Below the pieces are notes generated by a model. The model did not search any database, was not told where the DNA came from, and saw nothing but the letters and a program-made list of their open reading frames with translations. Shown here piece by piece: positions 1-12,573 of a stretch of DNA of 64,000 nucleotides (its first letter is position 1; each line of letters starts with the position of its first letter). This DNA is from Eledone cirrhosa (taxonomy: Eukaryota). The stretch spans positions 270,940,001 to 271,004,000 of the forward strand of contig OZ024742.1 of assembly GCA_964016885.1 (NCBI GenBank), given 5' to 3'. The position numbers and the translations under genes are program-made.

Positions 1-760
1 TGGAGTCTATCTAAGGACCCACCGATGCCAGGTTCCCTAGCTACCCTCTCCACGATGTATCGCTTGAGGTGGTGATTGTTGTGAATGGATCTGTTTGGAA
101 TGGCGCATGTCTGCGCCTCTCCCACCAGACGACTAACGACAAGCGCCGACCTCTTTCTAGTTCCTTGGCCAAAATCTTGAACTCTCTGTTTAGTAGAGTT
201 ATGGGCCTGAAATTATCTATGTTATCCTCCTTGTTCGGATCCTTTCTCAACAGCGCCACCGCTCCTCGGCTCACGGTGCTGGAATTTCTCCCGTTCTGTT
301 GCCAGCTGCGATAGACGTCCGCCAAGAGGCCTAAGAAAAAGTCTTCCATCTGTAGGTAATGTTCATAGGGCAGACCATCAAACCAGGCGATTTACCCCTT
401 GTCCTCCCGTAGTTCAGCTGCTGTTGTCGGCTTTTCGCAACACTCCGCCTCAGTGGCCGAGAGCCGCAGCAGTCCGTCGAGGTAGGCACTAAAGTCCATC
501 CCTCGATCCGGCCCGCCGCTACTCCCGAACAGCTAAGCGAAGTGTCGCTGAAAAGTTTCACACATTTGCCCGGGATCGAGTAGCAGGCGCCCGTTGTGGT
601 CCACCAAAGACCGGATCGTGGCTTTGTTTCTACGGCGCGCCTCCGCTATTCGGGCACATTGAACAGCTTTCGTCCGCTCGTGTCTGAGAGCATGCACCCT
701 AGCTCTGACAAGGCAGCATTCGTGCTTTGCATTAAATAATTGACAAGGGCCAATTTCGCT
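1..760 (-). pseudogene. Tx1 ORF2 fragment (start of RT region), frameshifted
   Basis: ORF 41-349 contains NFRPITLLNREFKILAK; DNA closely matches 4382-5155 and 20525-21296. Confidence 0.9.
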
Positions 761-2064
761 GTGTGTGTGTGTTTTTGTTTTTATTGATGTGTCTACTTAG
801 TTGGGGCGGGGGGGATTTTACAACTTTCCGCGTTTCCCCCCTGGGTGGCCAATATTGGTGGTGGTCTTTCTATTGGTGTGGTTGTTGGTGGTTTTGCCGG
901 TGCTGGTGTTGTTTGTGGTTCTCGCAAGGGTTCGTCAGCAGTGGAGCCCTTCGACCTCTTGCATCCTTCAGCAGTTGAGGGCAGAACACGCGCAAATGGG
1001 TTTTTCCCCCCAAACAAAACAATGCGGCCTTTTCCCCTCGGTCATAATAGAATGACCGTCCCACTCTGAAGGCGGATGTGGTCCGGGATTGTTTTCACAT
1101 TCTCGGGTTGATCTGGAGAAGTAGTTGCAGGTCACACCCCGTCACCCCTTCTCTTGCCATTCTTGTCACTTCTATCGGGACGGTATCAGTCCCCTCCAGA
1201 ATCACACATCCCAGAAGCCACCACACGTCAAGTACTAGTGGGATTCTGGGAATGCGGTGACGGCCGTTCTTTTTCACATGTGGGAGTGATACATTATGAC
1301 CTTGCTGGTTTTGCAAGGAGTCATAGCGTGTTTCATAGCGAGGGATTCTGACTTGAACAGCACCGAAATGATGCCGTACTGTCTTCCCCTCGCTATGTAT
1401 TCGGTGTCATCTCTGATGCTGCTCAGCGCGACTTCGACATCTGCTTGTGGAATTAAAGCTGCCCTATTGGTTTGTGCTGAGATGCATCTATAATGCACCG
1501 TTCTGCGTTCCACTGCCTGATATAGCTTCTACGCGACAGTTAAGTTGGTCCAGGTTTGCTCTTGCTTGATGAGCTTCCAGCCCTCGGCCAACTTTTCATC
1601 TTTGTTTGAGAGGTCCATGTTGAAACATCGCCTCTTTTTTTGCTGCTGCCGAAGCGAAAGTGTTCTACTTGTCCACATTGGGGGTGTTGTTGTTGTGTCG
1701 TTGTTCTTGTTGGTGTTGTTATCACTGTCGCTTTTATCATTTTTGTCTTTGGTGCCGCCGTTGTTCTCGGTGTCGTTGGTATTGTTGCTGTTGGTGTTGT
1801 CGCTATTTGTTTTCATGTTAGTGGTGTTGATATTGTTGTTGCATTTGTCATTTTTTCTGTTATCTGTATTTTCTTTGTCGCTGTTACTGTCATCTTTTTT
1901 CAAAATTACAGTTCTCAGTGTTGTTATCATTGTTGTTTTTGTTCACATTATCTTTGATGGTTTTGTTGTATCAATTTCTGTTAATTTCGCCGTAGCGCTT
2001 CTGTCAACTTTTACGATGTTGACGCACGACAGCAGATATATCGCTTAGGGCGTGGCTCAGCCAC
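761..2064 (-). pseudogene. Tx1 ORF1 (Asn/Thr-rich N-terminus, conserved core, decayed CCHC knuckle)
   Basis: ORFs 1529-1930 and 1274-1513 align by eye with ORF1 of copy C (RRTV..RCIS.QT, ARG.Q.G.ISVLFK.E.LA.KH); knuckle remnant THLRVFCP near 985. Confidence 0.8.
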
Positions 2065-2263
2065 GTTTTTTTTTGTTTTCGATATTTTTTAAAAATATAT
2101 AGGAGTTCAAATATTTTGGCCAAAAGGCCTAAATGTTATTTTTTCCCCTTCACAGAGCAAGTTCAAGGGTTTGTATGCCTTACACAACAAATTGAATAAA
2201 TAATTTTTGACAGGTAAATATATAAACTTACGGGAGCGAGAAAAAAGAGGTCCATTAAGACAC

Positions 2264-2311
2264 AATAATAATAATAATAATAATAATAATAATTATAATA
2301 ACAATAATAAT
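2264..2311 (+). repeat. (AAT)n tract
   Basis: Imperfect AAT run between copy A and a 3' stub. Confidence 0.95.
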
Positions 2312-2444
2312 GATTTCATTTATTAGCCACAAGGGCCGACATGTAGGGGACAATACAAAGACAGGGACAGTGGGGGTTTACAATGAGGTCGAGTAAAAGT
2401 GCACAATGGCAAGACTAATTTAACAATGAAAATATAAAATATAA
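2312..2444 (-). mobile_element. Severely 5'-truncated Tx1 family C copy (3' UTR stub)
   Basis: Near-identical to 8239-8370; AAT tracts on both sides. Confidence 0.9.
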
Positions 2445-2716
2445 AATAATAATAATAATAATAATGATTTCTTTATTAACCACAAGGGTTTACATAAAGT
2501 AGACATTAAGGACAGTGCAGGACAATACAGTACGGTACAAATGGGCATTTCTGCGTGTAAAAAACAAAAACAGAGGATGTAACAAAAAAATAACAATGAC
2601 TAATTCCCCAATAGGGGGGAGACTTCGGAGGGACATTTGTGGAGAAAGCCCAGTAAAAGGCCACAGTGACCCTGACCACCAAGGCAAGTGCCCTCTCCCA
2701 GTTTTCCACCTTTAAT

Positions 2717-5700
2717 TTACAGATATATACTCAGAGTAGGCCCATTCACTCGGGCCATTCTTGCTTCTCTCACCCATCTTTCAACAAAATGCTGGGAAGA
2801 GAGCACTTCCCTCTCTACTCTGATTTTCCTTTTCAAATGAAATTTGAAAAAGTCAATCAGGGCATCACCGAAGAGGTAAGTGCTCGTCTTCAGCCCTTTC
2901 AAACGTGTCCACCATACTATCTCTTTCGCCATGGCCACCAGACAGATAAAAACTGCCTGCCCTTCCCGGCTAAAGGAGGAGGGCGGGGCAATCCTCACGA
3001 TGGACTCAGATGATAGCCGGATCCGTCCTACACGCGACAACATGTGTTCGACATAAATCCACAAGTCAGCAATTTTCGGACACTGGACGAGTGCGTGCAG
3101 GACGGTTTCGTCGCATGCGCGCATCTCGGACATGCCCGGCTGACGGCACCTCCATGCCTGTAGAGTTTATCTCGAACTGGCAAGGCTCCTCGGTAGCACT
3201 GCCAGGCCAGAGATTTCTGGAAGTTGTCCATAGTCCCTGGCCCAAAAGTTCTTCCGAAGAGATTGGCTAGTTGATTTTCGTCGACGCCTAGAGTTTCCCC
3301 AAGTACGTCGTCGCTCTTCCCCTCCACTAATCCTCTATAGAACGCCGAGGTGGAGTTTCCACTGATCACATTGCCCGATTGGTCGAGGGCTGTGAGCGCC
3401 TGAAGACATTCCAGTCTCCAGGCGCTCCCTCTCGGTCTTCGCTTGTCCCGGGACTGCAGCTCGGTCAAGGAAACGAGCTGGGGAAATACGTGTCTAGCAA
3501 ACGGCGACCACACCTGATCACCGTCGAGGAAGAGGTGGAGATGTCGTAGCCTGAGCGCGTGTCTGCGCATCATCAGCCACGGCAATCCCAGCCCTCCATG
3601 TAGCGGGTGTTGACAGCAGATGGACCGCCTGACCATCGGAGCGCGTCCCTTCCACAAAAAGCGAAAGAGCAAACGCTCCAGCGCAGTCAGGCGGAGCTTA
3701 GGACAAGGTACGACGGTCAGGCGGTAGCAGATGACAGACGCGATGTACGCGTTAGCCACCTCCGCTCGACCTTTCAGGGATAGCTTCCTCTCCGCCCATT
3801 TCTGGGTGAGAGAAGCCACCCTGCTCGTCACCTCGTCCCAGTTTTTGTCCGTCTGGAGGTCCGGACCGAACCAGACCCCTAGCAATTTAACCGGTCCGTC
3901 CGTCCAGCGCCCCATGACGCTGTTGGACGGCATGCACCTGCCTCTCCAGGTGCCGAGCTGCAGGCCCACTGACCTTTCCTGGTTGATCATTGCTCCTGTC
4001 ACCGCTTCGTATTCTCTTAGTGTAGTGCCGATTGCCTCGATGTGTTTGGCGTTCGACACCACTACGGTGACATCGTCCGCATATGCTGACACGGATCTTC
4101 TGCATCCTAGTTCGCGCGGGACGCCCCTCGATGTCTCCAGTGTGTGCAGTAATGGCTCGAGAGTCAATACGTACAAGAGGAACGAGAGGAGGCATCCTTG
4201 GCGGACCGAGCGCATGATGTTGAACGGTTCCGCAAGGTGACCGTTCACTCTCACCACAGAGCAGATGTCGCTGTGCATGGCAGCGATCCAGCCTCTGAAG
4301 ACGGGCTCAAAGCCAGCCGCCCTCAGAACTGCCGCTAGGTAACGATGGTCAATCCTATCGAAAGCTTTCGACTGATCTAAATTGATCAAGGACCCACCCG
4401 TGCCAGGTTCCCTAGCTACCCTTTCTACGATGTATCGCATGAGGTGGAGGTTGTCGTGGATGCGTCTGTCGGGAATGGCGCATGGCTGCGCCTCTCCCAC
4501 CAGACCACCAACGACAAGCGCCAACTTCTTTGCTAGCACCTTGGCCAAAATCTTGAACTCTGTGTTTAGCAGAGTTATGGGCCGGGAATTATCTATGTTA
4601 TCCCCCTTGTTATGATCCTTTCTCAGCAGTGCCACCGCTCCTCGGCTCACAGAACTGGAAATTCTGCGGTTCTGTTGCCAGTTGCAGTAGACATCCGCCG
4701 ATAGGCCTCCGAACACGTCTGGCATCTGTACGTAAAGTTCATAGGGCAGACCATCCAAACCTGGCGATTTACTCCTTGTGCAGCCAGACATTGCCTCCCT
4801 TACTTCAGCGGCTGTTATCGACTTTTCGCAACACTCCGCCTCAGTGGCTGAGAGCCGCGGCAGTCCTTCGAGGTAGACACTAAAGTCCATCCCTCGACCC
4901 GGCCCACCGCTGCACCCGAACAGCTGAGCGAAGTGTCGCTGAAAAGCTTCACACATTTGCCCGGGATCGAGTAGCATGCGCCCGTCGTGGTCCACCGAAG
5001 ACCCGATCGTGGCTTTGTTGTCACGACGCGCCTCCACCACTCGGGCCCATTGAACGGCTTTCGTCCCCTCGTGTCTGAGAGCACGCACCCTAGCTCTGAC
5101 AACGCAGCCTTCGTGTTTTGCATTGAAGAATAAGTCAAGGGCCAATTTAGCCGCAAGCACGTCGGCCGCAATGCCTTTGCTAAGCGCCTCGTCTAATTTT
5201 CTAACTAGTTCTCCCTCTGCTCTATTTTTCTCTATTGCTAAAGCCTTACTAAACCTAATCGATTCTATTCTAATCGCTCTTTTCAGAGCAAACCACCACT
5301 TGTTGTTGACGATGGCCCCCGTCAACGCCCGCTTAACTAGTTCGCTAATCCGGTCTCTGTAGTCCTTGCGCGCTGGTAAGGACGCGTTTAGCTTCCAGTA
5401 GCCGGGTCCTCGTCTATGAAGCCTATCTAAGTCAAGCACAGAGATCACGAATTTGTGGTCCGTGTAGCTGACTATTTTGAATTGTGGACAGCCTATGCTA
5501 GACCTATCTATTTCCCTACAAAATACTCTATCTAGATATGATCTGGCTGACACTATGCGATTTGTCCAAGTCCACATGGGCACATTCGGGAAATCCAATC
5601 GGTACCTGTCAGACAGTTCAAAACGCCTGAGTAGGTTGGTGAGGCTCTTGCACCCTCCAGCCCTATCCGCTAATCCCACACAGTCCCAGCGTGCATCTAA

Positions 5701-6135
5701 GATCCCGTTCCAGTCGCCCACTAACACTAAAGAGCGGAACGTTCCAAGAAAGGTCTCCAGACGCCGGAAGAAATCAGGCCGCCCTGCTCCTATCGGGGCA
5801 TTGACGGCCACTAGCCTGAAAGCTTGCCCGTCTCCGCTGGTCATGTCCAGCACCACCAACTTACCCTCTGGGACCAGGAAGATGGCCCGTATAGCGAGAT
5901 CCAAACCACTCCGAAAAAGCACAGCAACTCCTCCACCCGATCCCGGACGGCTAGGAGATGCGTACACATCGTAGCAGCCGAAGATCGGTGCGAAGGCCCG
6001 TGCTTCGGAGATTCTGGTCTCAGTGATGGCCACTGCATCTATGTTTAGTGACCTGAGGTCGTTGAGCAGTTGGCCCTGCTTCCATGACGACCCCAAGCCA
6101 CGCGCATTTATGCTGGCTATTCTGAGTGAGGTCAC
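2717..6135 (-). CDS. Tx1 ORF2: APE endonuclease, reverse transcriptase and C-terminal zinc finger (one frameshift near 3120)
   Basis: 1035-aa ORF 3028-6135 has IASINARG, ITET, GDWN, TDH (APE) and NLDQSKAFD, VRQGC, SAYADD (RT); CPRC..ETVLHALVQC continues in ORF 2717-3133. Confidence 0.92.
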
Positions 6136-6169
6136 TTTTAAATGGAGTGGAAAAGATGTGAAAGATCAC

Positions 6170-7926
6170 TTACCTTACTTCTCGTAGACGAAGGACGGTT
6201 TCTCCATCCTTTTCACTGCTTGTGGCCTCCTCAGGAAGGATGTCCTTATAAATCCTCCTGGAGAGTTCTTGTCGGAAGTCTACGATGTCTTTGGGGAATT
6301 TTTGTTTTAGTGTCATGTACGTTTCTGTGTGATGCGAGTGATTTGTATGTGTGGAGGTCGTGTGAACTTTTGGGTTGTTGTGTAGTCTTTTTCTGTGATG
6401 CTGGTTTTGTGTTGGATGTAGTGTAATAATTGGTTGTTGTTCAAATGTAATGCTGTTAGTGTGTATCGTTTTGTTTGTTTCGTTTTGTTTGCGTTTGTTT
6501 AGGGTTTTTTTCTGTTTCGCATTTTGGTGACTTTTGTGGTGTAGGTGATGGTGGTGTTGGGGTTAATGAGGGTGATGGTGTTGGTGATGCTGGTGTGGAT
6601 GGTGGCATGTCTGTCCTAAATTTTTTGTTTGATAGTTTATTTGTTTCCCTGTGTATTTTGTTTTTGGAAGGGGAAGGAAGAGAGTTTTTTCTTTTTTGGT
6701 TTCTTTTTTTGTTTTTTCTGATACCATTTCCCATTCCTCGTCGTCACAATCTGTCCCCAGTTGTGATAGGCCGGGGAGTGGAAAATCCTCCACAGGCGTT
6801 AGTTTTGGTTGTGGCGTGGTGGATGGTGTAGGCTAGTTCTGGCGCGTTGGGTGGTGGTGGTGTTTGTTTTGCTACTGTTGCTGGGGTTGTTGCTGTTACA
6901 GTTGGTCCTGTTGTTGCTGCTACAGTTGTTGCTGCCATCTCTGCTGCTGGCGGTGTTGATGGTTGAGTCACTGGGGAGGGTAGGAGAGGTGGCCTCATCC
7001 TTTTAGCATGAGGGCAGAAAGCCCGTATGTGGGTTCCTTCACCACAAACGACACACCTAGGCCTTCTGCCCTCGACAATTACGGTGAGGTGGCTGCCGTC
7101 AGTGAGGTCTATTACCTCTGGGAACTCCTCAATGCTTTTTTGGTCCGCTTGGATCAGGAGCTCCATCCCAGATCCGGACCAGTTCTCCTGCTTTTCTTTC
7201 GCTATTTCTATTTTCTTGGTGTTGGCTTCGATGCTATTAGCCAGGGAATTTCGATGGCCTGTGGAACATGGGTGACCGTGTACTTTACGAGTCTCTGGCC
7301 ACAATAGCTTGGGACGAGTGTGAAGTCGTCACTTCTTAATGGAGCCATGGAGTGTTCTCTAGCCCCCTGTGGTGTTTCAAAGGACACGTTCACCGTTCCA
7401 TACTTCTGCCCACGTCTGATGTGGGGTTTTTTGGGGACAGCTTTTTGATTTGGGACTCGGATGCCCGTTCCACTCTGCGCGATTTTATATTAATTGTTCG
7501 ATAAGACACGGTGCATAGGCGCCGATAATCCATTTTATTAGGTGTGTGGGGTGAGGCTGACCCCGTACGCATCTTTCTTTACCATTTTTTGGCTTCTTCT
7601 AATTCCTCCTGAGTTACCTGAAATGCTTCGCACTGTTTTGCTATTCTGGCAAAACTAAGGGTGGTTTTCTTAATGTCACTGTTGTCGAGGTGGTGGTGGG
7701 GTGGTGGTTGTCGCGGTGGTGGTGGTGGCGGCTTTAACACCTGCAGTCATTGGTAATGGCGGGAAATGAATGTCTGCCTGAGACATATTTTAAATATTGC
7801 TACTGCTTATATTTTTTTTAGTGTTGGCAAAGTGTTGGTAGTGTTTTTTAGTGTAGTTACATTTACAATGGTGGTGTCGGTGTGAGGTGTTAGTTTGTGA
7901 GAAAGGAGTGCCTCTAAGTCAGCCAT
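6170..7926 (-). pseudogene. Tx1 family B ORF1, frameshifted
   Basis: RRPRCVVCGEGTHIRAFCP is a CX2CX4HX4C knuckle (ORF 6744-7304); homologous to 22442-24380. Confidence 0.85.
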
Positions 7927-8139
7927 AATTTTTCAAAGAAAAATGGTGTTTGATAATTATAAAAGTTTAAATTTTGGGCTCAAGGCCCCAATCATTTTGG
8001 GTGTCCTTTTCAGATAACAATGTATGTGCACTTATATACAGTTAACAATAAAAAATTTCCATGAATGGCAATTTTAAATAACTGAAAATAACAAACCTTT
8101 GCGGATCTCACGATGATACGATTTACTACGTTGGTCGCC

Positions 8140-8145
8140 AATAAA

Positions 8146-8238
<93 letters not shown>
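8140..8238 (+). repeat. (AAT)n tract
   Basis: Long, near-perfect AAT run between Tx1-B1 5' end and Tx1-C 3' end. Confidence 0.97.
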
Positions 8239-8240
<2 letters not shown>

Positions 8241-8516
8241 TTTCATTTCTTAGCCACAAGGGCCGACATGTAGGGGACAATACAAAGACAGGGACACTGG
8301 GGGTTTACAATAAGGTCGAGTAAAAGTGCACAATGGCAAGACTAATTTAACAATGAAAATATAAAAATATATAATAAACTATGCATAAATACAACAAAAT
8401 AAATTTCCCGATTGGGGGTGGACCACCCTGGAGTGATTCGGGTACCTACCAATCCTGAACCACCCTGCGCATCTAGGCCATCCAGGGAGAGCACCCCTCT
8501 CCTCAAGTTAGCTAGC

Positions 8517-11500
8517 CTATAGGCGCATGTTCAGAGTAGGCCCATTCACACAAATCATTCTCGCCACATTCACCCACCTTTTAGCAAATGTACTGGGGGG
8601 CAGCACTTCTCTCTCCACCCTCACCTTCCTTTCCAAGTGAAACTTGAAGAAGTTTAGGGATTGGCCGAAGAGAAAAGTGTCTGTCTTAGTCCTTTCAACC
8701 TGGTCCACCATATAATCTCTTTCGTAACTGCCACCAGAGAAAGGGAAATTTCCTGCTCTTCCTGACCTAAGGAAGGCAGTGGATCGATCTTCACTATGGA
8801 CTCGGCCGATAGCTGGATTCGTTCCACACGCGACAGTAGCTGTTCGACATAACTCCGTAAGTCATAATGCACGGACATTGGACAAGTGCGTGCAGAACGG
8901 TTTCGTCGTTCTGTGCGCATCTTGGGCAGGTCCGTCTAACAGCACTTCCGTGCCTGTAGAGTTTATCCCGAACCGGCAGTGCCCCCCCGGTAGCACTGCC
9001 AAGCGAGGGATTTCTGGAAATTGTCCATCGTCCCCGGCTCAAAAGTGTTCCGGTACAGACTGGTCAGTTCGACTTCGTCGAGGCCCAAAGCTTCTCCGAG
9101 TGCGTCATCGCACTTGCCCACCACTAATCCTCTATAGAACTCGAGAGTGGAAGTTCCACTGATCGCATTGCCCGCTTGGTAGAGAGCAGTGAGTGCCTGG
9201 CAACATTCCAGGTGCCAGTCACCCAGTCTCGGTCTCTTCTTGACCCAGGACTGCAGCTCAGTCAAAGAAATGAGCTGCGGAAAGGCCCGTCTGATAAACG
9301 GCGACCACACCTGTTCACCATTGAGGCAGAATATCTGGAGATGTCGCAGCCCCAACGCATGTCTGCGCATCATTAGCCACGGCATTCCCAGCCCTCCGCG
9401 TAGAGGGTGCTGGCAGCAGATGGACCGCCTCACCAACGGAACTTGTCCCCTCCACAAGAATTTGAAGAGGAGCCGTTAAGCTTCACGAGGCGCGGACGGG
9501 GGCAAGGCACGACGGTTAGGCGGTAATAGATGACGGACGCGATGTACGCATTCGCCACCTCCGCGCGACCTTTCAGTGATAGCTTCCTCCCAGCCCATTT
9601 TTGGGTGAGACTGGCTACTCTGCTCGTTACCTCGTCCCAATTCTTTTCCACCTGGAGGTCTGGTCCGAACCAAACCCCGAGCAACTTTACTGGTCCGTCC
9701 GTCCAGCGCCCCACGACGCTGTTGGACGGCATGGGCTTGCCTCTCCAGGTTCCGAGCTGCAAGCCCACCGACTTTTCCGGGTTAAGTTTGGCTCCTGTCA
9801 ACCTTTCATATTCCTTCAATAAGGTGCCGACCACCTCGATTTCTGAGGTGTTCGACACCATCACGGTGATGTCGTCCGCATAAGCCGACACCGCCTTTCC
9901 ACGTCCCGGTTCGAGCGGGATGCCCTGCAACATCTCCAGCTTCCGCAGTAAAGGCTCGAGAGTCAATACGTACAGAAGGGAAGAGAGAGGGCACCCTTGA
10001 CGGACCGATCGGGAAAGCCGAAATGGTTCCGAGAGGTGGCTATTAACCTTGACCACCGAGCGTCTGCCGCTGTGCATTGAAACGATCCAGCTTCTAAAGA
10101 CAGGGCCGAAGCCAGCTGCTTTGAGGACAAACTCCAGATACAGATGGTCGACTCTATCGAATGCTTTCGATTGATCTAAATTCATCAGTGCCCCACTGAA
10201 GTCAGGTTTACACCCTACCCTCTCTATGATGTATCGCATGAGGTGGAGATTGTCGTGTATGGACCTGGCTGGGATTGCGCAAGTTTGCGCCTCCCCAACC
10301 AAATCCTCGACGACAAGCGCCAATCTCTTTGCTAACACCTTGGCCAAAATCTTAAACTCTGTGTTGAGCAGAGTTATGGGCCTGAAGTTGTCTAATGTAT
10401 CCCTCTTGTTCTCGTCTTTCCTTATCAGCGTCACCCTCCCCTGCCCACAGAACTGGGAATACTCCCATTCTGCTGCCAGTTACAGTAGAGTGCTTCGAGG
10501 AGTTCGGAGAACAAGTCTGGCATATTTACGTAAAGCTCGTAGGGCAGGCCATCCAAGCCGGGTAACTTGCGCCTCATGCAGCCGACAAGGGCGTCCTGAA
10601 TTTCGGCTGAAGTAATCGGCCTTTCGCAGCGCTCAGCGTCGACCGCCGAGATGCGCGGCAAGCCGTCAAGGTAGGGACTGAAATCCGCTACTCTCTCTGA
10701 CTCGCCACTCTCCCTGAACAACCGAGCAAAGTGCTGGTGAAAGGCCACACACATCCGCTTGGAATCGCTTATCTCATGTCCGTCTCGGTCCGCCAAAGAC
10801 CGAATTGAGGTTTTATTACCACGCTGCGCCTCCGCCACGCGGGCCCATCGAACAGCTTTAGTTCCCTCGTTTCTCAGCGCACGCGCCTTAGCTCTGACAA
10901 TGCAACCTTCGTGTTTGGCATTGAAGAAATGGTCTAATGCCATTCTCGCCGCTAGCACGTCAGTTGCGATGCCACTACAAATAGCCTCGTCTAACTTATC
11001 TACCAGCTCCCTCTCCTTTCTATGTTTCTCTAACGCTAGTTCTTTGCTGAACTCTATCGAAGTTACTCTAATCTCTCTTTTGAGAACCCCCCACCATCTG
11101 TTGTTGATGATCCCCCCTGTCAACTTTTGCTTAACTAACTTATTGACTCGGTCCCTGTAAGCCTTACGTGCCGGAAATTACATGTTCACCTTCCAGTAAC
11201 CCGGTCCTAACCTACGCGTTTTATTTAGGTCGACCGTACAGATCACAAATTTGTGATCTGAATAGGCGACCGTTTTAAAAAGTGGACAGCCCACACTATT
11301 TCTATCTATTTTCCTAATGAAGATTCTGTCTATATACGATCTAGATGACCCCATTCGGTTGGTCCATGTCCATACTGGCACATTGGGGAAATCTAGTCGA
11401 TACCTGTCAGACAGTTGGAACTGGCTGAGTAGGTACTTGAGGCTTTTGCACCCCCCGCTCCTATCGGCTACTCCCACACAATCCCAGCGTGCGTCTAAGA

Positions 11501-11933
11501 TGCCATTCCAGTCCCCCGCTAACAGTAAAGGGCGAGACGTACCCAGAAAGGTCTACAGGCGCCTAAAGAAGTCAGGTCGTCCGGCCCCTGTAGGGGCGTA
11601 GGCGGCCAGCAGTCTAAAGGCACCACCTTCGCTACTGCTCACATCCAGGACCACCAACTTACCGTCCGGGTCCAGGAAGATCGACCTTACCTCGAGATCC
11701 AGTCCTTTCCTAAACAGCACTGCCACCCCACCCCCCATTCCCGGCCTGCTAACAGATGCGAAGATCTGATAGTCGTCGAAAATGGGGGCTAGTGCACGCG
11801 TGTCGGAAATTCTGGTCTCGCTTACGGCAATCACATCCATTTCCAGCGACCGGATGTCGTTGAGCAGGCGACCCTGCTTCCAGGGTGACCCCAGGCCCCG
11901 AACATTTAAACTTCCTACTCTTAATATGGCCAT
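8517..11933 (-). pseudogene. Tx1 family C ORF2 (APE-RT-ZnF), several frameshifts
   Basis: Consecutive ORFs: 11553-11933 (VGSLNVRG, VSET), 11178-11477 (SDH), 10431-11123, 9430-10434 (SAYADD), 8963-9457, 8794-9042 (CPRC..H...C). Confidence 0.92.
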
Positions 11934-11942
11934 ATTGGTAAG

Positions 11943-12540
11943 CTAAGAGAGAGAGAGGGAAGGTTTACTTACCTCCCGGGTCTTGTGAAGGTCGGGTGGT
12001 TCGACCTCCATGGTTGGTGGGGTTTCTTTTGGGAACCCCTTTAAAAGTCTTGATGTGGGTTTCACATTCGGGTTTCCCACGTCTTGAGGAAAGCTCTCTC
12101 GAATTTCTTTGAAGGAATTGAGTGACAGTCGGACCAAAAGCAAATCTTCTGGCACGCAAAATGTGCTCATTTCAAAAATCTCCCCCTCTGTTTGAATGTC
12201 CTCGCTTCGCGCTAAGAGGGCCATCAGTTTATCGTTGGCCCTTCTGACAAGCACGAAGTTTTTAACATTTTGTTGGTGTGGTTTTATTTGTTTTCGTTTT
12301 GGTGAAGGTGGTGGCGATGGTTTTGGTGGTGTTGTTTCGGGTATGTCTATGTTTGTTGGAGGTGTGGTGTCTGCAATTTCAGGTATTTGTGTGTTTATTT
12401 GTACTTGTGTTTGTTTAGGTTGTTTGCGTTTCGGGGATTGTGGAGGTGGTGTCGATGTTGCTGATGGTGCTGATGTTATTGGGGAAGTGTCTGCGTTAGT
12501 GGTGTCTGTATTTTTTGTTGTGTGTGTTTTTGTGCTTTGT

Positions 12541-12573
<33 letters not shown>

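Larger units (their letters stand above)
1..2263 (-). mobile_element. Tx1-clade (L1 group) non-LTR retrotransposon, copy A; internally deleted or chimeric; runs off the window
   Basis: The 5' end abuts (AAT)n at 2264. Decayed ORF1 (761-2064) is joined directly to mid-ORF2 sequence (1-760: KSPG, LLRKDPNK..NFRPITLLN.EFKILAK). Confidence 0.85.
2466..8139 (-). mobile_element. Full-length Tx1 element, family B copy 1
   Basis: 5' UTR, ORF1, APE-RT-ZnF ORF2 and a 3' UTR ending CCTTGTGGTTAATAAAGAAATC(ATT)n; both ends in AAT tracts. Confidence 0.93.

Noticed and set aside
3731-4240. Plus-strand ORFs recurring in each Tx1 copy (3731, 9530, 19874; 5477)
   Set aside because: Antisense shadows of conserved ORF2 codons; no independent motif.
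8010-8280. Poly-Leu/Ile/Asn ORFs over AAT tracts (also at 18407, 24373, 26918, 31580)
   Set aside because: Translations of microsatellites.
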